36,001 nt of DNA from Craspedostauros australis (Eukaryota): the NCBI GenBank assembly GCA_030167865.1, contig JALAGF010005105.1, forward strand, positions 1 through 36,001, given 5' to 3'. The notes below the pieces were generated by a model. The model was not told where the DNA came from, did not search any database, and worked only from the letters and a program-made list of their open reading frames with translations. Both the position numbers and the translations under genes were made by a program. Shown piece after piece: positions 9,341 to 20,552 of the stretch; the first letter of the stretch is position 1, and each line of letters starts with the position of its first letter.

Positions 9341-10654
9341 GAACATGTGCGCTTTGACAATGATGATCAAAGCGCAGTAGCCATAGGCATACCAATACCT
9401 GCGGAGTTTATGGCAACAGCTTTGCCTTGTTTCGGAGATTTGGCGCTCTTCTCTTGGTGGTTTGGCGCCAGCAATGTTCGGCACCAACGATGGCTCAGGT
9501 TTTTGGGCTTTGTGGATGTGGCGGTTCGTCTTTGGTTTTGACTTTCGTGTGGCGATCGACTCGCACGACTGCTGTGCCTCTTTCTGTCCTCGAGGCGTGA
9601 TCAAAACGGAAACTACTGACTCAACAACAGTTGTGGATTGGTAGACGCCTCGAATGTATGTAGACCACGAGGTCTATCCCAAACCTAAAATGTGGCACGA
9701 ACTCCCAACGAAACAACAGCAGAAATCTTCGCGCCGGTAGTTTCAGTACTAACTTTGTGTATAATTCTACGCAGACACACATTCAGCCACAACTTCCAAC
9801 GCATGGATGGAAGGGGGTTTGCAAAACACGCCACCACTGCGCGTGCACAACGAGAGGGTGTCGTGTCGTTGGGTGACACAGGGAGAAATGGCGACTGCGT
9901 GCGATGGTGTCTCGTGAGGAACAGCGGCACAAACACAATCAAATCTCGCGCCAAAGCCATTTTAACACGAGAAACCCAGCGAAAAAGCGGCGCACACACG
10001 ACGGAGCAGCGGCAGAAGTGAAGGGGGTGGGATCCGCACACACAAAAACAAAACCAGCCTCATTGTGCCGGAAAACCACGCAACTCAACGGTATCCCAGT
10101 CTCACATTTTGTTGCAGAGTGTTTGCATCAATCCATCGTCGCATCATCGTGGGGACATCATCGGTGTTGCCATCGGAAGTGACGACGAAAGCGACGCAGG
10201 ACGCTGAGAGAATCGTCTTCCCCATTCGATCCTGATTCATTCATCGGTTGGATCGATCAACCACGTTCGGTTCTTTGGAGTGTCACCACGACAAGCGATA
10301 CACCACGCTTACTGGTACGTTCGTGGACAGCGGTTGTTCGCATGTGCGCAAAGTAGTCCATCAATCATTTTGGAAGGTGAGACCATGATGCGAGATCCTG
10401 CGGTTGCGACCTGCTGGACTTGCCCCGACATGGGTCGCACCTTGTAGAATCTACGTCTCTGCGTATTCAAGGTTTGATGATGATCAATGGCCCATGCCCC
10501 AACCGACGATCTGCCGTTCCCTTTCCTCTAAACGACTCTTCCTTGTTCTGACTCCGTTCGTTGCTTCTCCTTCCTTCGTCCTTCCTTCATTCAATAGCAG
10601 TAGCACATCTCATAGACCCCGTTGCGGTTTCAGTTGCAATTGCAGCAATCCAAC

Positions 10655-13600
10655 ATGTCAGCGACACCGCAAGCATCCACTCCGGCTCCCGCTGCTGTGG
10701 CGGCAGCTCCTGCGGCAACCCCAGTCATGCCGACCTACATCGCCATCCGCAAGAGTGACTCCCTCACTGCGCCAGCCATGTTCACGCAACGCAAGGATTG
10801 CGCGCACTACCTAGCGGAGCCCACCGTGGAATACATAGAATCCACAGACATGATGGCCGTCATGAACTTCCTCGCTGGCAATGCCATGTCTCCGCCGGCT
10901 CAGACTTCGGCCAAACCACCTGCTACTCCCGCCCCTGCGGCCACGCCAGTTGCCATACCTGTTGCCACACCTGCAGCCGCATCTGTGGCTCCCACAACAC
11001 CACAACCGCGACCAGCTGTCCCACCTACGGCGACTGCAACTGCCACCTCGCAACCGGCTGCCGTGGGCACAAGGAAAAGACCAGCCAGTGATGCAGCTCC
11101 GGCTGCTTCAGCTGTTGCTGCTGCTGCAGCTGTGGAAGATTCCTCGGCACAGCCCAAAGCCAAGCGTGCTAAGAATGCGACTACGGGACCCATCGCCGAG
11201 AGGACCAACAAGACAACCATATCGACGGAAACCATGGCCGCTATTGCGGCTCTCACGGAATTGAGACCCCAGACCCCGCCTGGAACCGATCCAAAACCCA
11301 AAATGGTGGGTGGCTACACAATGCAACCGAACACGGACAGCGAAGCTGACGATGGCAATGCTGGCGGAATGATGCTCGCGGGGAATGACAGCACGGACGA
11401 AGAGGATAATGCTGATGCTCCACAAACGCAACCGCCAGTTGTGGTGCCCCCTTCGCTGGCCACCGCTGCTGCAACGGCCGCAGTCGCCGCTACAACTGCA
11501 ACCATTGTCAACAACAGCCTTGCAACAGCACCTCCGCCTGCAACGGCCGCAGCAGTGGCGACAGCAGTGGCAACGACGACGCCAGCGGCAACGGCAGCCA
11601 CTGCACTTACGTCCATAGCAACACCACAACCCGGCAGGAAGACAGCCACCCGCAAAACGCGCTCGCGTCCGAAACCCCAGCCGCCCACACCTGGTCTCGA
11701 GGCAGCTGTTGCCGCATCTGTGGCCGCCACCGCTGCCAGATTCGCGGAGGGTGCCCTCCTTGGAGCCACATCTGACAATGCCAAAACGCCGTCATCTCGA
11801 AAACGCCGTCCGAGAGAAAAGAAGAAGGGCATGGGTCAGAAGGCGCTGGGTTTCAAGACGTTCGACCAGCTATTCGAAGAGCTCAAGGCCTTCAAGGAAG
11901 AGAACGGCCATACCAACGTCCCGTTCAAGCCCACCACGCCGCTCAAGAACTTCTGCTCGGAAGTTCGCCGAGAGTTCCGCGACGAGCTTCCCAAGGGCAC
12001 GGCCGTGCTCCTCAATTACGAACGCGTCAAGAAGCTGACCAACCTCGGCTTCAACCTCACGGTCAAGAAGAAGACCGAGTTCAACCAGCAGGCGGTGAGG
12101 TGGCTGGAGTTCCACACCGAGCACGGCCGGAACCCGACACCGAAAGAGAACCCGGAGATGTACAAGTGGGTGGAGTACACCCGCGAGATCTACCAACGCT
12201 CCAAGCTGCGCAACCATGCGCCACCCAAGCGAGGCAGGCCATCGCAGCTCACCCCCGAATGGATCGAGCGTCTCGAGGAGTGGGGTTTCAAGTGGGAGGT
12301 CGCCAACCGCAAGCGAGGCGTGGCCAAGTTCGGTGGCAAATCCTTCGACGTCCTTTTCGACCTCTTGTCCAAGTTCAAGCAGAAGCACGGTCACGTCTTG
12401 GTGCAATTCAAGCAGGACAAGCTCCTGCACCGATTCTGCATGGAGATGCGCCGAGAATACGAGCAGGACTTCCATCGCGGCAAAGCCAAGTACCTCGACA
12501 TGGAAAACATCCAAAAGCTCACCTCGCTCGGTTTCAGCTTTGCCACCAAGAAGAGAACGCCGTTCGAGCAGCACGCAATGGCCTGGCTGGATTACTTCAA
12601 CAAGCACGGCCACGATCCGAAGAACAAGGACGGCTCTTTGTACGAATGGGTCCGCACCGTCCGTGCAGCGTACCAACGCATGGAAGAGAGAGGCACGTTG
12701 CCGCCACCTCCGGCCGATGATGGAGACGATGCGATGATGGAGACTGCCGTGGAAAAGGCAATCGATGAGCACAACCAAGACGAACAGGGAGCGGATAGTC
12801 ACGACGATACGGATATTCCGGAGAGACTCTTCGGACAAGAAGCTACTGTTGATGAAAACGGCAACACCAGTGGTGACGACAACAACAATGCCAGCAACAA
12901 TGGTGGCGGCAATAGCGCCGAGCCAAACGATGCCACTCCCAGCCCGAACTCGCCTGATAACAACGGAACCGACGAGGCGGCTGCCACTGCAACCCCAACT
13001 GGGACTGTGGCCGCGGCTGCAACTGCCACTGAAGACGACGCAGACAACGCGGGGGGCAGCGGAGTGAAACAATGGAAGAGAGGACGCCAATCCAATCTGA
13101 CACCCAACTGGCTCCACACCCTCACCAAATGGGGATTCTCATTCTATCCACGCGAGCCCAAACCAGTGAAGGTCAAGTGCCGTCCGTGGGATGAGCGGTA
13201 CCAGCAGCTCATGGAATTCAAGAGACAGAACAACCACTGTCTGGTCCCCAAGCGGTACCCTGTCCTAGGCAACTGGGTCTGCTCTCAACGCAAGCAGGCG
13301 CGTTTCTTGCGGGAAGGCAAGCCAACACGATTGACTGCGGAGCGCCTGGATTTGTTGATCCGAGCTGGCTTTGTTTTCAACACGAAGAAGGAATTTGACA
13401 TGGGCGCTTCGTTGAATCGAGATACGCCGAATGCCGGCACTCCCATGGCCGGTGTGCCGACCCCAACCTTGGCGGCAGCGCCAAACTCGTACCCAAATAC
13501 CAGGGGACATGCCCATCGCGAGGGACGTCAGTACACCTTGCCAATGGCCGCGGCAAGAGGAAGACAGATGTACACAATGCCGCCGGCTGCCGATGGTGTA

Positions 13601-13864
13601 AACTTGCCAGGAGGCTTCCAGGGCTCGGTGGCAGCAGCATCCGTCACGCCACAGGCCCTCTTCCGCGGCACAGGCGCGCAAGGACAAGGGTTGCCGCCTT
13701 CCGGTGGCGATGACCACCGACCACCATATGTTGTTGGTGTTGGCGCTGGCGTCACAAACACGGGAGATTCTGCTGCCGGTGCCAATAGTCCAAGTCAGCA
13801 TGTGAACGGGAACTTTGCAGACGCGGCGGGAGCACTGCAGCACAGGATGCCCAGGGTGTCTTAG
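10655..13864 (+). CDS. Helicase-associated (HA) repeat protein with five HA repeats, a putative RNase H1 N-terminal/caulimovirus-VI-like module and long A/P/T-rich linkers; about 1069 aa
   Basis: Repeats such as FDQLFEELKAFKEENGHTNVP...ERVKKLTNLGF and WDERYQQLMEFKRQNNHCLVPKRYPVLGNWVCSQRKQ...LTAERLDLLIRAGFVF fit the HA consensus. First in-frame ATG at 10655. No Walker A or DEAD motif. Confidence 0.88.
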   Translation: MSATPQASTPAPAAVAAAPAATPVMPTYIAIRKSDSLTAPAMFTQRKDCAHYLAEPTVEYIESTDMMAVMNFLAGNAMSPPAQTSAKPPATPAPAATPVAIPVATPAAASVAPTTPQPRPAVPPTATATATSQPAAVGTRKRPASDAAPAASAVAAAAAVEDSSAQPKAKRAKNATTGPIAERTNKTTISTETMAAIAALTELRPQTPPGTDPKPKMVGGYTMQPNTDSEADDGNAGGMMLAGNDSTDEEDNADAPQTQPPVVVPPSLATAAATAAVAATTATIVNNSLATAPPPATAAAVATAVATTTPAATAATALTSIATPQPGRKTATRKTRSRPKPQPPTPGLEAAVAASVAATAARFAEGALLGATSDNAKTPSSRKRRPREKKKGMGQKALGFKTFDQLFEELKAFKEENGHTNVPFKPTTPLKNFCSEVRREFRDELPKGTAVLLNYERVKKLTNLGFNLTVKKKTEFNQQAVRWLEFHTEHGRNPTPKENPEMYKWVEYTREIYQRSKLRNHAPPKRGRPSQLTPEWIERLEEWGFKWEVANRKRGVAKFGGKSFDVLFDLLSKFKQKHGHVLVQFKQDKLLHRFCMEMRREYEQDFHRGKAKYLDMENIQKLTSLGFSFATKKRTPFEQHAMAWLDYFNKHGHDPKNKDGSLYEWVRTVRAAYQRMEERGTLPPPPADDGDDAMMETAVEKAIDEHNQDEQGADSHDDTDIPERLFGQEATVDENGNTSGDDNNNASNNGGGNSAEPNDATPSPNSPDNNGTDEAAATATPTGTVAAAATATEDDADNAGGSGVKQWKRGRQSNLTPNWLHTLTKWGFSFYPREPKPVKVKCRPWDERYQQLMEFKRQNNHCLVPKRYPVLGNWVCSQRKQARFLREGKPTRLTAERLDLLIRAGFVFNTKKEFDMGASLNRDTPNAGTPMAGVPTPTLAAAPNSYPNTRGHAHREGRQYTLPMAAARGRQMYTMPPAADGVNLPGGFQGSVAAASVTPQALFRGTGAQGQGLPPSGGDDHRPPYVVGVGAGVTNTGDSAAGANSPSQHVNGNFADAAGALQHRMPRVS

Positions 13865-14252
13865 AGCAAATTGTAGAGTAGAACAGAGCAATGCCCTGTT
13901 GCGACCATACGTACGAGCACGAACGAGGATGCCAAACCGCGACACGCAATTGCTCTTGTCATGTCACGGGGGTGGTATTGGACGCGATGTGATTGATTCA
14001 ATGGGGACAGATGGAAGCCAAACTATTTGTAGAGCATAATACATATAATACCATAATCCCATTCATTCATACTAAGCACATTTTCGTTGGAGCATCATTG
14101 TGCGCAACAGAGTCAGTGTTTGTGTGATACACGCTGGAGGACCTTCCAACGCAACAGAGTGAATACTCCCATAGCGTTACATCTTCTAATATTATATTCC
14201 TCCGCAGGTACTCTCCAGTCTGACTGCTCGGCGATGCTATCCCACTCGTCTC

Positions 14253-17200
14253 CTAATCCGTGGTTAGACTCCCCAACGAGTCGTCGTGGTTTGGATTGGC
14301 ATTTTCTCTTACCTCAATCTGCTGCCCTTGCACATTGTTGTCGCCACCGTCGAGTTGGTTGGACTTCGACTTTTTGCCATACCGGTCCTCCGCCCTCTTC
14401 ACCAATTCTGCGACGATCGATTCACCCTTGCTCTCCCATTCCGACCGATTCATCATGGCGTAGTTCAGGAACTCGTCGCTGGAGACGCCGAACACGCCGC
14501 AGTCCTTCAGCTTCTTCGCCAGCGGGATGATGTAGTTGTCGTAGAACCACAGCTCACCCTTGTACCAGCCCAACGATGGGTCCTTGTCCAGCCGTCCTGA
14601 CTTGAATGCGCGGTACATCTCGTTGAATAAGCGCCGATTCCATTTCTGGTACACGTGCCAATGCTGCATGGTATGGCTGACATCGGCGGCCTGGATAATG
14701 TGCTCGATAACGATGGTTGCCTTCAGGTCCGCTCCTTCCTGCGCGTCGTCGTGGCTCGAGAAGAAGGCGCGCTCCCATCGCTTGTTGCGTACCTGCTTCA
14801 GATCCGGATCGAAAATGTCCGTGGCCATCACGGAATTCACCAGCAGCTGTCGGAAGCGCTTCTTCTCGTCGTCGTTCGCGAACAGGACGCGTCGCAGGTC
14901 TGTGTACGCCGTGTCCATCAGGAGGCCCCAGGCCAGGTCGACGGAGTTCTGCTCGGCCACGCTCTTGTTTTCGTACAGCTGCGCCATGTCGTCGAACTCC
15001 TTGATGAGCTGCGCGTTGGAGACTCCGGGATGGTCGACGTCGTGGATCATGGCGGAAAAGACGCAAGCAAAGTGAGTGAGCGGATCCGACGTGATGCCGT
15101 AGGAATACTCGTGCAACGTTGCGGCGACACCTGCCATACTGGTTGGCTGGACGTCACAATCAGCAGCCTCGACGATGCGCTTGAGGATCTTGTTGGCGGA
15201 CATGGTGACGTGGCTAGCGTGGTCGTAGTTGTGGAATGGGTTGTCATGGTAGGAGCAGGCGACCTTGGTGACGTAATCCCGCAGCTGCTCCTCGATGTGC
15301 GGCTTGAGTGTGATGTCGTCAGCCGTGACTTGTGCCACGCTTGTGTTCTTGTCGAAGCGAGGCAGGTGGATGCATTCCACGTATTCGTCGCGCGGGTTGT
15401 TGAGATCGAACTCCTTGCCGGCCGATGTGAATTGGTATTCGGATGATTGATTGTGGTTCGGTTTGATCATTCCAGCGGCCGCGTTGACCGTGCTCGCGGC
15501 CATGTGTACGGTGGCGTTGACAGTGCTGGCTGCGAGATGGACCGTGTCCTTGGCCAAGTGGACAGGATTGATGACACGGGCAATGCCGTGAGGCTTTCGT
15601 TCCTTCATGCAATGCTGCCGAGCAACGACGGCCTTGAGCAAACGCAGCAGGAGGTCGACGTTCCAGTCCACGAGACGTTCGAAGTTGGCGGAGCGTTTCG
15701 GTTCGAGGTAGAGGTTGTCAGGGATGACGATGCCCACCTCCTTGAGATCATTGCTGCCCATGGAGATGTGGCTGCCATCGTTGGACATGTCATCCAACGT
15801 CATGTCATCGACAGAACCAGAGATGGAGGCTGTTGCGGATCCAGACACGACGGTGCGTCCTCTCGCAAACACCCAGTATCTATTTTGTTTTGAATGCGTT
15901 GAATGTGTTGAACGCGTTGAGTGGTGATTTTATGAGTTACGATTGGATGAGGGTGTGAGTGAGTGGTGATGGGGTGGAGCATGTGGGTGGAGTTAGCAAG
16001 AGCAGCGGCGTTTCCAAACCGAGGATTGAAGAAGATGAAGAAGACTGAGTGCCATCCTTCCGCCACGATTGTCGAAAGCAACATGAAAGATTCTGTGTAT
16101 TGGTGTCATGCAAGCATGCTCGTAGCAGCAGAGCAAAGTAACAACCGAGTACCATACAGTGCAGTGCAGTGCAGTGCAGTACATTACTCACGTTTGCACC
16201 AATCCCTTGCCCTTGGCATGGATCTTGTCTTGTCTTGGCACGACCCAGTTGGGCTTGACCGTTGTCAATAGATCTGCTGTCGCCTGGGAACATTGGATGT
16301 GGTTGGGACGGCCGTTGCTTTCCATGCGACTGGCCGTGTTGACGGTGTCACCGAAGAGCTGGAATCTGGATTTCTGTCCTCGCAGCACACCGGCCGTGAC
16401 GGGTCCCGAATGGAGGCCGATGCGCAATGCCAGATCGCCAGTGTCCGGACCGAGTTCCACTTCGAGATCGCGCGTGACGCGTTCGATCTTTTGGAGGATG
16501 TCGCCGGCGAACTTGACCATGATGAGGGCGTGGTCCGGTTGCGCATCCGGCAATCCTGTGGCAGCGACGTAACAATCCCCGATGGTCTCGACCTTGAAGA
16601 CGCGTCGTTTTTCTGCGATGCGATCGAAGGCACCGTAGAGGGTCTCGAGCAGGGTGAATACCTGCGACGGTTCCCTGGTGCTGGACCACGCCGTGAATCC
16701 TGCAATGTCAGCGAATAGGACGGTGGTGTGCGGGAAGAGGTCTGCGATGGGCTTGGACTTGCGTTCCATGGATCGGACGGAGCTGGTGTCCTGCGTGTTG
16801 TCGTTGCTGGTGGTGGCGATGGCGTTCATGTTCGCCGAGGCCGACCTGCCGGTATCTCTCATGAAGTTCTTGAGCTTCGCCTTTTGCGTGGTCATCAGGA
16901 GCGGCCCGAGGTTATCCCCGAGGTCCTTCCTGCTGACGCCATCCTGATCATCGATGCCTTCCTCGCCGAAGAGGCGGTCGCGGACCGTTTTTGGGAAGAG
17001 GGAGGAGACGATGGCATGCGACTTGACTGCTGTGTTGAGGACGATCCTCTGTCTGCGCTCGACGTAGTAGTCGTATCCCACGAAGACCAGGGTGGTGAAA
17101 CAGAAGACGATGGCTACGAGCGCCGTGAAGATGGCCGGCTGGTTGGTCTCGTATCGCTTTCGCATGGTGTTGGTGGGGTATATGGATACCGTGTAGGGAC

Positions 17201-19058
17201 AGTAGGATTCATGGACCGTGACTGTGGGTGAGAATGTGAGCAATGGGTGGGAAGGGAAGAAGTCGTTCTTCATTGTGTGGATGACGTGCAGATCATCGGT
17301 GAAGTCGTTGACCTCATGCTCATCCCCGACCTCCGTGAAGGTGACCACCTGGTCCCTGACTTCGAAGGTGAAGGTCGCGCCGCAGTCGTTGGAGACGACG
17401 ATCTGAATGTCATTCGCCGTGGATGGCAGCTCGCCGACCTGGAGGTAGGCGTCCCAAAAGACGGTGGCCATCAGGACACCGAGTTTCTGCCTGGTGGCTG
17501 TGGCTGGGTGAGGTCTGGTGATTGGGAAGATGAAGGTGCTGGACGGACCATATGGCACCGCCTGCTGCTGCTGAGTGGTGGAATCATCGTTGCTCTCGCT
17601 GGTAACTGTGGTCTGCGCATCGGAGGATGGTGTCGAGGCCCTTTCGAAGATGGAGTAGTCGACGATGGCTGGCTGACCCAGCACGAGCTGGTTGGTCTCG
17701 AGGGCCAGATCAACCTCAGGACCGAACCGTGGATCCGCCGTCATATCCAGACCGACAACCTGCGGCGTGACCGGCGAGTGATGCCAGATGGGGTACAGCA
17801 GATCCTGCGTGACTTTGGTGGTGGTGCCAGGTGGCAAGTAAGGCTGAGTCACAGCGGCTGCCTGTAGACCCAGCACGATATCTTCGTTTGTGGAGACTTG
17901 GGCTGCTGCGGCAGCTGCCGCTTGATCGATGTAGTAGATCTGTCCCGCGATCCCGCTTTGGGTGTCAAAGTTGACCCCTGTAGGTTGCGTGCCTCCTTCG
18001 ATGAGCCCATCGTTGGGGATGGTCTGCAGCGTTCGTTGTTGCCGCCGATGTTGTTGTTGCTGTTGCTTCTGCAATTGCAGTTGACGCTGACGCGTCTGCT
18101 GGTTGGTTGCTGGGCCAGTCTTTTGCTGCTGAAAATTGCCAAAGTTCCATTCAGATTGGTTGGAGTAGAGTTCGTAGTCGGTGCTGAGCTGAACCCATGA
18201 CTTGTTGACACCCACCACGTTTTCGTCAGTGATGGACACTGCCCAGTCTTCGTAGAGCACGCGAGTGGAGTGGCCATTGTTGGTGCTGTTGTTGTCGCTG
18301 TTGGTGCTGTTGTTGTTTTCACGAGTGTTGGGCCCATTGGGAACAACGAGAACGAAGCTGAGCAGGGTGAAGAGACCCAACGTTCTGGTGGAGGCCGCCC
18401 TGAGATGCCACTCTGGAACATTGACGAACGGCCACTGGTTGTCCGGCGGTGTGGGCGACATGTCCTCCGGTGTCTGAGATGCGTCCCAGGTCTGAAAGTC
18501 GCTGGTGAGGGAGACGAGGGAGACGCCCAGGTGGTCGAGCGAGGTGATGCCCTCCTTGAGGTGCGACTCGAAGGCGCTGATGATGCCAGCAGCGTGGTCT
18601 CCGAACTGGATCTCGAAGGTGTCGAGCTCGCTCTGTCGGATGGAGTAGAACATGGTGAGGCTGACAAGGATGGTGGCGAAGGTGAGGACGAGGATGACCA
18701 CCCCTCTGAGCCAGCACACGTGCCTGGTCTCGGAACCGGCGAGCTCGTAGCGCAGGTCCGTCCTGTTGGAGAGGGTGGTTCCCGCGTCGCTGCTGCGTCC
18801 CAGGCTGCGGGAGCTGCTCTCTTCGTCGCTCTTGTTGCTGCTGCTGCTGTTGCCGTCTTCATCGTAGTACTTTTCATTGCCGCTATTTCTGCTATGTCTG
18901 CTATGTCTGCTGGCTTGGCTGTCCTCTCCTTCCAACTTGCGCGCGCTCATCCCCCCGTGCTGTTGTCGTTGCGGTTGTCGCTGCATCTGATGCTGCTGCT
19001 GCTGCTGATCCATGATGAGGCGCCCGTGCCTCTTGTGATCAGTGTTCTGGGGTCCCAT
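14253..19058 (-). CDS. Receptor-type class III nucleotide (guanylate-like) cyclase fused to a class I cyclic-nucleotide phosphodiesterase; complement(join(14253..15879,16192..19058)), about 1497 aa
   Basis: Two TM helices flank a CHASE-like extracellular region. Cyclase motifs: VLFADIAGFTAWSS, KVETIGDCYVA, LRIGLHSGPV, RFQLFGDTVNTASRMES. Intron 15880-16191 (GTGAGT...AAATAG) rejoins KGKGLVQT|YWV. PDE motifs: YHDNPFHNYDHASHV, HDVDHPGVSN, MATDI, IIQAADVSH. The start codon is uncertain. Confidence 0.93.
16157..16180. repeat. (CAGTG)x5 pentanucleotide repeat inside the cyclase-PDE intron
   Basis: cagtgcagtgcagtgcagtgcagt directly visible. Confidence 0.9.
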
Positions 19059-19228
19059 GTGATGCAATTGTTGCAGTGTGTCACAGTGTTACGACTATGG
19101 CTGTTGTTGTGGCTGTGATTGTGATTGTTGTGGCTGTTGTTGTGGTTGTGGTTGTGGTTGGTGTTGTGATTGTTGTGGGCTTCCGTCAATGCCGCTCTTG
19201 CCTTGTGATTCGCGCCTCTCTGGTTTGG

Positions 19229-19268
19229 ATGTCGTCGTGAATGTCGCCGTGAATGTCGCCGTGAATGT
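19229..19268. repeat. 12-bp tandem repeat (ATGTCGYCGTGA)x3.3 upstream of the cyclase-PDE gene
   Basis: Directly visible. Confidence 0.85.
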
Positions 19269-20552
19269 TGGAGGGAAAACACGTGCTGTCTTTGTGCTGA
19301 GAGCCGTCTCGTCTCGTCTCGTCTTCCCCTCTCTGTCTTTGCTACGCGCTACTCTGCTGGAACTTGGTTGCTCTCCAATGGCGGTCACAAACAATCAACG
19401 AAGTATTATACGAGTATAGTCAATGAACTGTTCTAATGATCTCTCGCTCGCTCTCTCTGCCTGTTCGTCGTTGTGATCCCCTTCTTGGTGGGGCGAGTGT
19501 TGTGGTTGGGGTTGCCTCCGCTGGGTGTCTGCAATTGCGTTTGTGTCTGTTCTTTCCTTGAGCCGTACTTCTATGGCACAGGCGCCATTCCTTCTGCTTG
19601 GCGCTGTTTTGCTGTCGCTATTTCGCCTCTGTGTGCGCCACCAACACGCAATTCGCGGTCCCTACTGTTGGTGCTCGTCTTCGTGCACAACACGCGCCAC
19701 AAAAACGCCCAAGGAGTTCTTCGTCGCTCTTGAACGTGTCATGTCTCGCGTTTAGCTCGTAACGTGTCTGTGGCAGAGAGAGAATGCACTTGCCGAACAG
19801 TCATTTCTGCCGTCACCGGATTGGGCCCAATGTCCATTTCTCCGAGGCCGCTCCAGTTACTCCGCAACACTGGTTGTGCAATTTCGGACAACTCCACAAG
19901 GTTAGTCTAAATCCGGGAACCCAGTGAGACAAACCTCCATCATCTTGCTTCATCATCCTCAGCACACAGAGCCTTCCAAGCGGTGAGGTATAATACGAGT
20001 ATGCTCTACCTTACCTATGCTGTATTACACATTCACATTCACATTCACATATAGGCTTGCTTGAACTGTTAGCTGTACGAGTACACGTAGCTGTCTGTCG
20101 TCTGTTGCATGTTCTCTGTAGCCGTTGCTTGACTAGGTTGTATCGTACTCATACTCATGCTCATGCTCATGCTCGTGTGCAGTTGCATGTACTTGCATTT
20201 GTACTCGTAGCATGGGCTTCCACTCTCCACGAATGTTGATTCAGTGCAGTTGAGTAGCAGGATCATTTCTGTTTTTTCTAGCGACTCGCAATCGCATGGG
20301 CGTGCTGCAAGCTCGACGAAGAGCCCACACGGTCGATCCGCACCACGCAAGGATGTGCCGCATCGGGCCTTCGTTTGGCGTTCTAGACTGTGTACTCGTA
20401 CGAGCTGCTCGTCTGTATATGGTATATGGTAAATGATATGTAGAAGAGATGCATGTAGCAGATGCGGAAGCTCACAGCGATCCCAGCGATCACAACATTG
20501 CAACGATCACACCATTGCAACATTTTGTGACGCTCGCAAGAACGGCTCCACA

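Noticed and set aside
9287-9541. 84-aa poly-Asp ORF
   Set aside because: Explained by a GAT/GAC microsatellite; no recognisable domain.
11870-13117. 415-aa antisense ORF (likewise 21039-22148, 20383-21519, 17849-18877, 8150-9013, 32524-33270)
   Set aside because: These are shadow ORFs on the opposite strand or an alternate frame of real genes with strong GC3 bias or repeats.
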